Assembly: GCA_049970055.1 (NCBI GenBank)
Contig: JBMFNR010000003.1
Coordinates: 96,001-160,000, forward strand
Direction of reading: 5' to 3'
DNA: 64,000 bases
DNA from: Fervidobacterium sp.
Lineage (GTDB): Bacteria; Thermotogota; Thermotogae; Thermotogales; Fervidobacteriaceae
The notes beneath the pieces are model-generated. The model saw nothing but the letters and a program-made list of their open reading frames with translations, ran no database searches and had not been told where the DNA came from. This document shows, one piece after another, positions 11,130-21,228 of this stretch. The translations under genes and the position numbers were made by a program. How positions within the stretch are numbered: position 1 is the first letter of the stretch; each line of letters begins with the position of its first letter.

Positions 11130-11504
11130 ATGAGCAGTGTAAAAGGGGTAGGAAATCTTTTAAAAACGTTTCAAAGTGATGCTACGTTAAATACTCCAAC
11201 CAGAGGTGTTGGCGATAATCTACAAAAAGCAGATCAAGAAACGTACCAAGCTACCAAAATTGAAAATCAGCAAGGCAAAAGAGCAGAAGAACTTGAGATT
11301 TTTAAGGAAAACTTTGAAAAGTTGAAGAAATTATTTAGAGGAGAGGCAGAATTCAAAATAGACAAAGACGCGAATATGATTATCATAAAAATCAAAGACC
11401 CTGACACGGGAGAGGTTATCCGCCAGATTCCCCCGGAGCTAGCTGTGAAGCTTGCCAAGAATATACAAGAGCTCTTAGGTGTGTTGATGGACGAAAGGGT
11501 GTGA
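11130..11504 (+). CDS. flaG: Flagellar protein FlaG
   Basis: F.ID....IIKIKD..TGEVIRQIPPE motif, directly upstream of fliD. ATG at 11130 follows a GGGGGCGG RBS (ORF track starts at 11079). Confidence 0.85.
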   Translation: MSSVKGVGNLLKTFQSDATLNTPTRGVGDNLQKADQETYQATKIENQQGKRAEELEIFKENFEKLKKLFRGEAEFKIDKDANMIIIKIKDPDTGEVIRQIPPELAVKLAKNIQELLGVLMDERV

Positions 11505-11508
11505 ATTT

Positions 11509-13293
11509 ATGGATCTCTCAAGTATTGCCAACAACATAAATTATCGTTATCAACAATCATCGCGCATGCAGATAGGAGGCGCGATAAGTGGGCTTGATAC
11601 ACAGTCAATAATTGAAAAATTAATGGAAGTCGAAGCACTGCCGTTAAATAGGTTAAACGATAAGTATCTTCAATACACTAATTTACAAAAGGCGTACCAA
11701 AAAGTATCTGACAAGATAAGAGATTTCTACAACTTCCTTGGAAATTTTTCTTTGCAAAGTAACTTAATACCAAAAATGGCAACTTCTTCGTCTAACATAT
11801 TAAGTGCCCAAGCAGCTTCCAGTGCTGTAGATGGAACTTACAATGTTGAAGTCTTGTCACTCGCAACCAATAGTATATTTACAGGTTCTTCTTTTGCTAA
11901 AAGTATTTCTTCAGCGGATACAATAAGCAGCATAGATACAAGGTATCCGCCTGTTGATTCAACTGTTAGAGTAAAGGTTGGCACGACTGAAACAAACGTA
12001 AATATTCAAACTACTGATACTGTTGCTGATGTAGTTGCCTTGCTTCAAAATGCATTAAACAGTCTTGGAGCGAGTGCAACTGTTGCATACGATGAATCCT
12101 CCGGAAAGTTATCTATAACTTCAGATAGGGCTTTTCAAATTACAAATGTGACCGGAAATTTTACTTTCTTATTCAGACTTAGTGATTCAACATTGGAACA
12201 AGTTGGAAGCAATTTCGTACTTAAAAGTTCTGGTAACATAGGTGTTTATTCCCAGTACAAAACTCTTGAAAGTTTGGGCGTACTAAGTGACGGGGTAATT
12301 AATATAAATGGTAAAGTTGTAAGTTTAAGTAAAACAGATACACTATCTAGTGTCTTAAAGAAAATTAATGACACTGTTCCTGATGTAAGAGCACTGTACG
12401 ATGACAAGAACGGTAGATTGATAATTACGAGTAAATCAACAGGAGATAACTTGATAAACGTAACGGGTGACAGCGATTTGATGATCAAATTAGGCTTATC
12501 CTCTGGAAACTTTGTGCTTGGTCAAACAGCGAAGTTGAACATAAGTTTGAACGGTTATACAGAATTGGTAGAAGCGAAAACAAATAGCGTTGGATACAAT
12601 GGTTTAACACTTAACCTTTCATCTATAGGTACATCAGTTGTGACCGTTTCAACAGATAAAGAAAAGATAGTTGATAAAGTTCAGGAATTTGTTGATAAAT
12701 GGAATGAGCTGACCGATTTTCTATACACAAAATTGACCGAGGACAAAGTTACTGGAAAACCAGAGGAACAGATGACCGAGGATGAAAAACTTAAAGGCCT
12801 TCTGAAAAACGATAGTTTGTTGAGAAAAATATTTGAGAGGTTCAAAGGATTTTTAAGTCAAAGTGTTGATGGTAAAAGGTTGGCAGATCTTGGTATAGAA
12901 TCTGGAGATTCTGGAAAAAGTTTTGCGAACACAATGAGAGGTAAAATTACGCTTGAGAAGGAAAAGCTTAGAAACTTTATAGATAAAAATGGTTTCGATG
13001 CAGTTTGGAGCTTCTTCGGAAAAACAGATGGTGATAATGGGTTAGCAATTAGAATAAAAGACTACAGTTATCAGTTAACAAAATTTGGCGGAGAAATAGA
13101 CACAGTGGCAGGTGTTTCCGGAAGACTTGAAAGAGAGAAGCGTGTACTGTCAAAACGCATGGTTACCATGATGGAATATTTACAGAAAAAAGAGCAGATG
13201 CTTTGGGCAAAATATTCAAACCTTGAAAGTGCGCTTGCAAAATTGTCAGCGCAGGGTTCATATATTTCACAAGCCTTTTCTTCAAAGAAATAA
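11509..13293 (+). CDS. fliD: Flagellar filament cap protein FliD
   Basis: GGAISGLDTQSIIEKLM N-terminus, GTYNVEVLSLA, and C-terminal KYSNLESALAKL. Confidence 0.92.
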   Translation: MDLSSIANNINYRYQQSSRMQIGGAISGLDTQSIIEKLMEVEALPLNRLNDKYLQYTNLQKAYQKVSDKIRDFYNFLGNFSLQSNLIPKMATSSSNILSAQAASSAVDGTYNVEVLSLATNSIFTGSSFAKSISSADTISSIDTRYPPVDSTVRVKVGTTETNVNIQTTDTVADVVALLQNALNSLGASATVAYDESSGKLSITSDRAFQITNVTGNFTFLFRLSDSTLEQVGSNFVLKSSGNIGVYSQYKTLESLGVLSDGVININGKVVSLSKTDTLSSVLKKINDTVPDVRALYDDKNGRLIITSKSTGDNLINVTGDSDLMIKLGLSSGNFVLGQTAKLNISLNGYTELVEAKTNSVGYNGLTLNLSSIGTSVVTVSTDKEKIVDKVQEFVDKWNELTDFLYTKLTEDKVTGKPEEQMTEDEKLKGLLKNDSLLRKIFERFKGFLSQSVDGKRLADLGIESGDSGKSFANTMRGKITLEKEKLRNFIDKNGFDAVWSFFGKTDGDNGLAIRIKDYSYQLTKFGGEIDTVAGVSGRLEREKRVLSKRMVTMMEYLQKKEQMLWAKYSNLESALAKLSAQGSYISQAFSSKK

Positions 13294-13322
13294 TTCGCAT
13301 TTATTTTTCCAAAATAATAAAA

Positions 13323-13982
13323 TCACTTCTTGTTTGAAGAGTACTTAAAATATTGACAACAGTCTTTCAAGAAACAATTCCTACACCGCGGCGAAATAGG
13401 TCTGCATACATTCTTCCCAAATTCAACCATAGATCCATTTACTGGACCCCATAAAGATGGGTCCAGTAATTTTTTTAATTCTTCTTCAGTTTGGTCTGGT
13501 GTCTTGGTATTCACCCAGCCAAGTCTGTTAGATATCCTATGCACGTGTGTATCGACAGCCAAAGCATTTTTACCAAAACTAATATACAAAACGATATTGG
13601 CCGTTTTGTGACCTACTCCTGGTAATGTTATAAGTTCTTCGAAAGTGTCTGGTACTTTTCCATTGTACTTTTCAATCAAGATTTTTGAAACTTCGACGAT
13701 TCTTTCAGCTTTTTCTCTGTATAAACCGGCAGGTTTTATTAAGTTGTGTAGCTGCTCGGGCTTAACTTGTGCTATTTCCTCTACAGTTTTGTATTTTTCA
13801 AATAATTGTTTTGAGGCAATTTCTGTGTTTTCATCTTTGCTTCTTTGACTTAATATGGTAGTTATTAAAACTTTATATGGATCCTTTTCTTCATGAATTC
13901 TTGGGAAAATATCTATAATCATTTTAGCTAGCATGTTCACATTATTGCAGTCGATCATCTTTATTTTTTCATATTGGATCAT
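13323..13982 (-). CDS. nth: Endonuclease III
   Basis: LITTILSQ, HhH motif [15 protein letters not shown], and a C-terminal 4Fe-4S Cys motif. Exact start uncertain. Confidence 0.92.
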   Translation of the reverse strand: MIQYEKIKMIDCNNVNMLAKMIIDIFPRIHEEKDPYKVLITTILSQRSKDENTEIASKQLFEKYKTVEEIAQVKPEQLHNLIKPAGLYREKAERIVEVSKILIEKYNGKVPDTFEELITLPGVGHKTANIVLYISFGKNALAVDTHVHRISNRLGWVNTKTPDQTEEELKKLLDPSLWGPVNGSMVEFGKNVCRPISPRCRNCFLKDCCQYFKYSSNKK

Positions 13983-14844
13983 ATTTTTTAATCAACCTCC
14001 TTGCCAGTTTCTCATCCTCCCTCATTTGGGTTACAAGTTCACTAATACTCGGGAACGTTAGTTCTGGTCTTAGAAAGTCGAGAAACTCCACTCTTATTTC
14101 CCTTCCATACAGATCTTTTGAAAAATCAAGTATATATACTTCATATTTTATTTTTTTGGTCTTCTCCACAGTCGGTCTATACCCGACATTTATAAGACCA
14201 AAGAACTGTTCTGGTACGTACACTCTGGTTAGGTATACACCGGGCAATGGATCTATCAAAAAATGATCCGGGCGCTTGATATTTGCAGTTGGGAAGCCTA
14301 ACTTTCTACCTATTTGTCTGTCCTTGTATACCACACCATGTACGGAGTAATTCCTTCCAAGGAATTTTCGTACTTCAGACACTTTTCCTTCTTTTAGAAG
14401 TTGCCTTATGTAACTACTACTAACACGAATACCATCAACTGTTACTGGTTCGATAACTTCTAAAATGATACCGTTTTCCTTGCAAAGTTGTTCCAAAACA
14501 TTTATATCCCCGGCCCCATTTTTTCCGAATTTAAAATCATGACCAACTACGATACCTTTAACATTCTTCGATATGCTATCAAAGAATTTTTCAGGTGTTA
14601 AGTCTTTTATCTTCGGCAGTTCAATGGTATGTGTTTCTCCGTATATAGAAAGAAACTCAATTCGATCTTCAACAGACGTAATAAGACCTTCAAATTTTCC
14701 AGTGTAGTACTCCATTGGGTATAGGATAGTGTATATTTTTGAGTTTTCGGCGTATCTTTCTGAATACTCCTTTAATCGTGATAATATTTTCACATGCCCG
14801 CGATGAACACCGTCAAAAACACCGATCGTAATGAACATAGACAA
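13969..14844 (-). CDS. ribF: Bifunctional riboflavin kinase / FAD synthetase
   Basis: [35 protein letters not shown] and NVGYRPT. Confidence 0.93.
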   Translation of the reverse strand: MSMFITIGVFDGVHRGHVKILSRLKEYSERYAENSKIYTILYPMEYYTGKFEGLITSVEDRIEFLSIYGETHTIELPKIKDLTPEKFFDSISKNVKGIVVGHDFKFGKNGAGDINVLEQLCKENGIILEVIEPVTVDGIRVSSSYIRQLLKEGKVSEVRKFLGRNYSVHGVVYKDRQIGRKLGFPTANIKRPDHFLIDPLPGVYLTRVYVPEQFFGLINVGYRPTVEKTKKIKYEVYILDFSKDLYGREIRVEFLDFLRPELTFPSISELVTQMREDEKLARRLIKKYDPI

Positions 14845-14856
14845 TCTCTCCCAGAC

Positions 14857-16122
14857 TTAGTATTTTCTTGATATAACTATTTGAGCTATTTCAATAAACT
14901 TTAAATTTTTATGTTTCTCACCAAGGTCTAGTTTAGCAAAGCATACAAGCGAGAATATTCTCAATATCAGTGATATTACGAAAAGAACATTGTAGCCTGT
15001 TATAAAGGAGAACTGAAAATCTTTGATTAGGCTAAGCACTTTACCACCTGTGTATGAAGCTATTAATGAGGCGATTCCTGCAACAAAAGCATGCATTGAA
15101 ATGAATATTTCGCTTGGTTCCTCACTGATTTTTAGTAAGAGTGTAAAATAGGACAAATTTATAGCTGTCCATGCAAAAGCAGATATTATAACATCGATCA
15201 ATAGTAAATACTTGTAATTAAATGGCGTCATCAAAGAGTAAAGTAACGGAATTCCAAGTGCTAGTGTGATGCCAAATTTTATCATGTTTTTTTCTCCTAT
15301 TGTTGTGGAAACTTTCCCATATAAAGAATACAAAAACATAGCAAGAAGTGAATTAATAACATTGATTATTCCAAGGTATGAATATGGGACTTTCAAATAA
15401 GCAACCTCGAAATAGCTGAAAAACGGACCTGCAAATTGGATTGCAAAATTCCAAATAAACACGAACGACAGAAACTTTACGAATTTTTTATTTTTTAAAG
15501 TGGTGAAAACAGTTGAAATACTAAAGTCAACTACTTTCGTTTCTGGAATGTAATGCAGATACAAAAGATAGGACGTGTATATGAATATTATTGCAGACAG
15601 CGAATATATAATGAGTAACCCGATTTCTTTGTCCAGATACTGTAGTATCAAGGAATACAAAACCCACGCTGTCAAACCAGCAAATGTGGATACTGTATTT
15701 CTAAAACCGAAGTATTTATTTCTCCTTTCCTCTGGTACAAGACTTTTCATTGCAGATGTCCAAAGGTTCCCCACAATACTGTTAAGGATATTAAATATAA
15801 CAAAAGGTAGGACTATCAATGTGTAATTTTTCACCCCCAGCAAAAACGACACTGGAATTAAAATAAAACATGACCTTGCTACTAAAGAAGTCCAAAATAT
15901 AGCGTATCTCTTGGAGGGTATTAACCTATAAATCATTGGTGTGAATAACTGAATTAATTGAGACGTAGCTGGTAAAACTGCAATAACAGACAAAACCACA
16001 GGACTGAATCCGTAGTACATAGCTAGTGTAGAATATACAAATCCTTGTGTTGCATTAAATGCTATGGTGTAAAGTGCTCCTTCAATGATAGATAATCTCA
16101 AGGTTTTTTGCTGAACATCCAT
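14857..16122 (-). CDS. MFS transporter
   Basis: About 12 hydrophobic helices in two halves; LVPEERRNKYFG.RN loop. Confidence 0.8.
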   Translation of the reverse strand: MDVQQKTLRLSIIEGALYTIAFNATQGFVYSTLAMYYGFSPVVLSVIAVLPATSQLIQLFTPMIYRLIPSKRYAIFWTSLVARSCFILIPVSFLLGVKNYTLIVLPFVIFNILNSIVGNLWTSAMKSLVPEERRNKYFGFRNTVSTFAGLTAWVLYSLILQYLDKEIGLLIIYSLSAIIFIYTSYLLYLHYIPETKVVDFSISTVFTTLKNKKFVKFLSFVFIWNFAIQFAGPFFSYFEVAYLKVPYSYLGIINVINSLLAMFLYSLYGKVSTTIGEKNMIKFGITLALGIPLLYSLMTPFNYKYLLLIDVIISAFAWTAINLSYFTLLLKISEEPSEIFISMHAFVAGIASLIASYTGGKVLSLIKDFQFSFITGYNVLFVISLILRIFSLVCFAKLDLGEKHKNLKFIEIAQIVISRKY

Positions 16123-16216
16123 CTTTTAACGTTCCCTCTCTGCAAAAATTGCGAGGATTATCTTCGCATTACTAACAATAATAGTATCACTAGTTGATAG
16201 CTTCGTGAAGTACCTG

Positions 16217-16252
16217 AAAAAAAGCCCACTACTTAAAAAAGTAGGGGCTTTT
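16217..16252 (-). terminator. Rho-independent terminator after the large permease
   Basis: Minus strand AAAAGCCCCTACTT..AAGTAGTGGGC followed by TTTTTTT (stem with a 1-nt bulge). Confidence 0.7.
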
Positions 16253-16283
16253 GATAAAAAGCATTACCTTTTTGCCATTTATA

Positions 16284-18452
16284 TTATTTAAGTCCAGTTC
16301 TAGCAATACCTTTAACGAAGTATTTTTGTGTAAACAAGAAGATTATTACAACCGGTAATATACTAAACGTTGCTGCTGCCATGAGCATATTGTAAAGTGT
16401 CCCTACCTCAGAACTAAACGTTTGCAAACCAACAGTTAAAGTTCTGTACTTTGGACTATTAGTAACAATTAACACCCAAAGGAAAGAATTCCAACTTCCA
16501 ACAAATTTCAAAAGGGCGGTTGTTATAACTACTGGTTTGCTCAACGGAACTACAATCTGCCACAAAAACCTCCAATGTGAACATCCATCAATCTTTGCCG
16601 CATCGAAGAGCTCACCTGGTAGACTTAAGAAATGTTGCCTCATAAGGAATATTGAGAAAACACTAACGACCCAAGGAACTATCAGTGCGTAATACGTATC
16701 TATCCAACCAAGTTTTGTTACTGTTATAAAGTTCGGAACGAGTAAAACTTCACCTGGTACCATCATTGTTGCAAGGAATATACTGAACAGTATATCTTTT
16801 CCAGGAAAGTTCATCCATGAAAACGCGTAAGCCGCCATTGCTGAGATAATTATTTCAAGCACTGTTGTAACTGTAGCTATGAAAATTGTATTGAGGTAAT
16901 ATCTTCCAAATGGTGCTGCTTTCCAAGCAAGAACATAATTTTGAAAAACGTTTTTAAACACATCTACTCCTGAAAACTTAACATGTACTGTCTTTATGTT
17001 ATCATCCATGAAATACACAGGTTCTACTCCATCCATTACTATTTCTATGTTCTTACCTTCTTTAACAAGGACAGATTTTACAAAATCCGGTGCATTCACA
17101 ACATTCCATGCGTAAACGGCACTTTCGTAAGCGCTCCTTAATTTTTGCAGCTCAAGCGTTTTTATTGCAATATCTTTGAAGAGCTCATCAGAATTCTCAA
17201 TTTCCTGACTATAAGCTCGGAGTTTTGAACTAGCGGAGCTGAACGTGAGATTAAAGCCAACAATAAAACCAATTTTGTCCATGAAATCTGTAAATGTGCT
17301 ATTGAGTTCTTTCTGAACATCCATTTTGTTCTCCATTGCAGTATTTATAACAGAGCTGATAAGTGATTTAATATTCGCAAGGTCAGCTCCGCTGATATTG
17401 TATTTTTTAATTATCTGTCCGTCTGTTTCCTTTGCAAATTCATCGACAAGATTCATCAAACCTTCTTTTTCCAATATTGCTTTTACCAACTTGAAGTCTG
17501 TTAAATCTTTAACATTTTCGAGAAATAAATTTTTTCTCTCATCCTCTGTCATTGGTTTCGCAACGATATCTTTTTCAACAATTTTGTCCTGCAGGCTTAC
17601 AAAGTATTTATACGTACTCAAGAAGAAATCTATATTTTCTAGATACTTGTAAATCATACTCTTAATTGAACTGTTGTAGTTATCTGAGACCTCATTTGCT
17701 CCCGTATAAGTAAGGTCGTAACTGAATAAGATACTTCTTATTTCCTCAAGTTCGTTTATTCCAAGGATAAGGCTCTCACCTGCTTTGAATTTTTGCAACT
17801 TTGTTTTTAAGTCTTGTAACTGCTTTGTTTTTTCCGTTAAAAATGCCGAAAATTTTTCTTTTTCGTTTTTGTCTTCTATTCTGTCAACGCCAAACGTAAG
17901 TATTGTATCAATCCCATCCAAGAGTGTGTCAATACTTCCCAGCAACGTTTCCATAAAAGTGTCTCTTTTAAACATAGGATTTGAGCCAGAAATGTATCTC
18001 AAAAGAACACTTTCAAAAAATTGATCTGGATTATTTTTAAAATCTTCACTAAAACTGAACTCAGTTGGTAACTTCAAAGTATTTAAAAAACTCTGGAATT
18101 TTTGAATATCCACTTTTTGCGCGTATGTTTTTCCTTTCAAGGGTATTGTTATGGTACCTCTGTAAAAGGGATCATCGTTGACTACAAATACTAATCCCTG
18201 TGTTTTCTTGGCAACGAATGTAAGGGCTTCCCTTAAACTTAATCCCTTTACAGTGGATGTTGTTCCTGTTGACGGGATGACTTTTACGTATCTTTGTGAT
18301 GCAAAAGATCTAGTTGTCCATCGAGGTGGCCAAGAATTTACCTCAGATGGTAGTTTAAAAGAAGTTACAAGCATCCAAGCAAAGGGGGCTATCATGACAA
18401 CAGTTCCAATTATCAAAAGAAAGTAAACGAACAATTTTCTTAATTCTCTCAT
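16284..18452 (-). CDS. Carbohydrate ABC transporter permease (MalG/UgpE type) with a ~460-aa insertion
   Basis: N-terminal APFAWMLVTSFK..WPP; C-terminal NY..YYLNT, EAA loop ELFDAAKIDG, GSWNSFLW and QKYFVKG. 722 aa versus ~280 for a typical member. Confidence 0.85.
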   Translation of the reverse strand: MRELRKLFVYFLLIIGTVVMIAPFAWMLVTSFKLPSEVNSWPPRWTTRSFASQRYVKVIPSTGTTSTVKGLSLREALTFVAKKTQGLVFVVNDDPFYRGTITIPLKGKTYAQKVDIQKFQSFLNTLKLPTEFSFSEDFKNNPDQFFESVLLRYISGSNPMFKRDTFMETLLGSIDTLLDGIDTILTFGVDRIEDKNEKEKFSAFLTEKTKQLQDLKTKLQKFKAGESLILGINELEEIRSILFSYDLTYTGANEVSDNYNSSIKSMIYKYLENIDFFLSTYKYFVSLQDKIVEKDIVAKPMTEDERKNLFLENVKDLTDFKLVKAILEKEGLMNLVDEFAKETDGQIIKKYNISGADLANIKSLISSVINTAMENKMDVQKELNSTFTDFMDKIGFIVGFNLTFSSASSKLRAYSQEIENSDELFKDIAIKTLELQKLRSAYESAVYAWNVVNAPDFVKSVLVKEGKNIEIVMDGVEPVYFMDDNIKTVHVKFSGVDVFKNVFQNYVLAWKAAPFGRYYLNTIFIATVTTVLEIIISAMAAYAFSWMNFPGKDILFSIFLATMMVPGEVLLVPNFITVTKLGWIDTYYALIVPWVVSVFSIFLMRQHFLSLPGELFDAAKIDGCSHWRFLWQIVVPLSKPVVITTALLKFVGSWNSFLWVLIVTNSPKYRTLTVGLQTFSSEVGTLYNMLMAAATFSILPVVIIFLFTQKYFVKGIARTGLK

Positions 18453-18464
18453 ACACTGTCCCCC

Positions 18465-19781
18465 TTAACTCACGTATTCTACTACTTTATCGCCAACACG
18501 ATATTGGATAATGGTAAAGACAAGAATAACCATGAAAAGCAAGTACGCTGCCGCACTCGCAATCCCCATTCTTTGCTGGCGATAGAATAAGTCAAAGACG
18601 TAATAAACCATTGTCATACCGCTGTTACCATATGGACCTGGTAGGCCATCGTATAAAACAAATACCTCTTGGAAAACTTTGAACGCTCCAATCACCGATA
18701 CTATGAGTAAGAAAAACGTTGTTGGTGAAAGTAAAGGCCATGTGATTTTTAGAAATTTTTGAATACTATTTGCACCATCGACATCAGCTGCTTCATAGTA
18801 AAATGTATCTATATTTTGAAGCCCTGCTAAAAATATCATCGCATTGTACCCTACGCTCTTCCAAATGGAAACAATACTTACTGTTGGTATTGTCCACCTT
18901 GCATCTTTTAACCACTTCACGGGTTGAAGACCAATAGTTGACAAAATGTAATTTAAAAGCCCGACGTCGTCGTTGTAAATCCACTTCCAGATAAGTCCAA
19001 CAGCAACAGATGAAGTTACAAATGGTATGAAAAATGCTGTTCTAAAAAATGCCTTTACTCTTATATCTTGGTTCAGCAATAAGGCAATTAACAGTGCCAA
19101 GGTTAAGCCAACTGGTACCGTTAAAACAACGTAGTAAGTTGTATTAACGAGAGCTTTAAAAAATAAATTTTTTTCCGCAGCATCGAGCATGTAATCTATA
19201 AGTCCGTAACTTACCCCATTAAAGAATGCAGAATATCTGAACTCAGTAAATATATATGCAACTATACCTATCGCAGCTGCTAACCAAGCATGTTCAGTCA
19301 TAAGATTTCTATCGGGTACTTTCGTTTTGAACAAAACGAAAATCAAGATGTAAAGTACTACGTCAAAAATTAAAACAAAAAGTGGACTCACGTTGTTTTT
19401 CACTACAAAATAAGTTATTATCGAAATTATGGAGAGGAGAGTGCTACCTTCAACTCTCTTTTTTCTGAAAATATCTATCACGCCAAAAATTGCAAATACA
19501 ATTAATATAGAGATAGCTATGTACATAAAACTGTAAATAAGTCCTAAGTGAAATGGAAATTTAACAGGATAGTCGAACTTTAAGACTTCTTTGTAATTCC
19601 CCAATCCATAGAAATATGGGCTTTTCATATTTCTAAAATCCCACTTGAAAAAACTTAATACAAATGAAAATCCTACAGGCCAAAATGTGAACACGGAAAG
19701 AACAACAAGTGCAGGTAATAAGAACAAATAAGCCAGTAAGCTCTCTTTAAATTTCCTTACACTTACCTTTGTCACACTCAC
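18465..19781 (-). CDS. Carbohydrate ABC transporter permease (MalF/UgpA type) with extra transmembrane segments
   Basis: AYLFLLPAL, GLGNY, RTAFFIPFV, WKSVGYN and EAA loop YEAADVDGA. Start may be the GTG at 19775. Confidence 0.85.
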   Translation of the reverse strand: MSVTKVSVRKFKESLLAYLFLLPALVVLSVFTFWPVGFSFVLSFFKWDFRNMKSPYFYGLGNYKEVLKFDYPVKFPFHLGLIYSFMYIAISILIVFAIFGVIDIFRKKRVEGSTLLSIISIITYFVVKNNVSPLFVLIFDVVLYILIFVLFKTKVPDRNLMTEHAWLAAAIGIVAYIFTEFRYSAFFNGVSYGLIDYMLDAAEKNLFFKALVNTTYYVVLTVPVGLTLALLIALLLNQDIRVKAFFRTAFFIPFVTSSVAVGLIWKWIYNDDVGLLNYILSTIGLQPVKWLKDARWTIPTVSIVSIWKSVGYNAMIFLAGLQNIDTFYYEAADVDGANSIQKFLKITWPLLSPTTFFLLIVSVIGAFKVFQEVFVLYDGLPGPYGNSGMTMVYYVFDLFYRQQRMGIASAAAYLLFMVILVFTIIQYRVGDKVVEYVS

Positions 19782-19826
19782 ACCCCCAGTGTACTAGATG
19801 TATTTGCATTATCGTTTACAAATCGT

Positions 19827-21203
19827 TTACAAAATATAGGCCGATAGATTTTCATCTTTTACAATTTCATCAAGCTTTCTTGTAACGTAATCCTTGTCTA
19901 TTACTATCTTCTTTTGCTCAATTTCCGGAGCTTGGAACATTATGTCTTCAAGTACCTTTTCTACAACTGTGTACAGTCTTCTCGCGCCGATGTTCTCCAT
20001 TTTCTCGTTTAAATGATAAGCTATTCTTGCCAATTCATTTATTGCATCATTTGTAAAATCAAGTTCAATACCTTCTGTGTAAAGTAATGCCTTGTATTGC
20101 TTAAGCAAGGCGTTTTCTGGTTCTGTAAGTATTCTTACAAAATCTTCTTGCCTTAATGGCTCAAGTTCAACTCTTATTGGGAAGCGCCCTTGCAGCTCTG
20201 GGATCAAATCTGTAGGTTTTGACATGTGGAATGCACCAGCACCGATGAATAGTATGTAATCTGTCCTTACAGGTCCGTACCTTGTTGTCACAGTGGTACC
20301 CTCCACAATTGGAAGTAAATCTCTTTGTACACCTTGCCGTGAAACATCAGGTCCATGCGATTGCCCTGTACCAACAACTTTATCAAGCTCATCTATAAAT
20401 ATTATTCCACGCTCTTGAGCAAGTCCAAGAGCCTTTTGAATAACTTCATCTATATCAATTATCTTTTCTGATTCTATGGGTGTTAATATTCTTCGCGCCT
20501 CAGAAATCTTCATCCTTCTTTTTCTCTTTTGTTTGGGAAGAATGTTTCCAAGTATTTGAGAGAAATCTATTCCCATATCTTCCATATCTGGCATACCTAT
20601 GAATCCTAAACCGGGTTGATTGACTTCAACATCTATTTCAATTTCCACGTCCTCAAGTTCACCGTTTGCAAGCTTTTCTCTCAATTCTGCACGCCTTCGT
20701 CTTGTATCTTGCTCTTCCGGTTGCTCTTGAACAGTTTGAAAGCCGAAGATATTCGCAAAAGGAACACTTTGCTTTTTTGTTGGTACGAGCGCGTCAAGGA
20801 TGCGTTCCTCAACAAGACTCTTTACCTTTGGTTCAACTTCTTTAATTTTCTCTTGTTTTACCATGTTAACTGCTATCTCTACGAGGTCTCTTATCATAGA
20901 ATCTACGTTTTTTCCTACGTAACCAACTTCTGTAAACTTGGTTGCCTCAACTTTTAAGAATGGTGAGCCAGATATTTGGGCAAGCCTTCTCGCAATTTCA
21001 GTCTTACCAACACCTGTTGGACCTATTAAAAGAATATTTTTTGGTACGACTTCTTTTCTCCACTCTTCTGGAAGCCTTTGCCTTCGAATTCTATTCCTGA
21101 TAGCAATTGCTACTGCTTTTTTAGCTTCTTTCTGTCCTATGATATACTTATCAAGTTCTTCAACAATCTGTCTCGGTGTTAACTCATCGAAATTTGTTAT
21201 CAT
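19827..21203 (-). CDS. hslU: ATP-dependent protease ATPase subunit HslU (ClpY)
   Basis: [44 protein letters not shown] and ENIGARRL. Confidence 0.96.
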   Translation of the reverse strand: MITNFDELTPRQIVEELDKYIIGQKEAKKAVAIAIRNRIRRQRLPEEWRKEVVPKNILLIGPTGVGKTEIARRLAQISGSPFLKVEATKFTEVGYVGKNVDSMIRDLVEIAVNMVKQEKIKEVEPKVKSLVEERILDALVPTKKQSVPFANIFGFQTVQEQPEEQDTRRRRAELREKLANGELEDVEIEIDVEVNQPGLGFIGMPDMEDMGIDFSQILGNILPKQKRKRRMKISEARRILTPIESEKIIDIDEVIQKALGLAQERGIIFIDELDKVVGTGQSHGPDVSRQGVQRDLLPIVEGTTVTTRYGPVRTDYILFIGAGAFHMSKPTDLIPELQGRFPIRVELEPLRQEDFVRILTEPENALLKQYKALLYTEGIELDFTNDAINELARIAYHLNEKMENIGARRLYTVVEKVLEDIMFQAPEIEQKKIVIDKDYVTRKLDEIVKDENLSAYIL

Positions 21204-21228
21204 ACTTGTACCTCCTTTGTTGTGTTTT

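Noticed and set aside
16946..18335. Intein as the explanation for the permease insertion
   Set aside because: No C-terminal His-Asn followed by Cys/Ser/Thr, no LAGLIDADG motif, and the location is extracytoplasmic.
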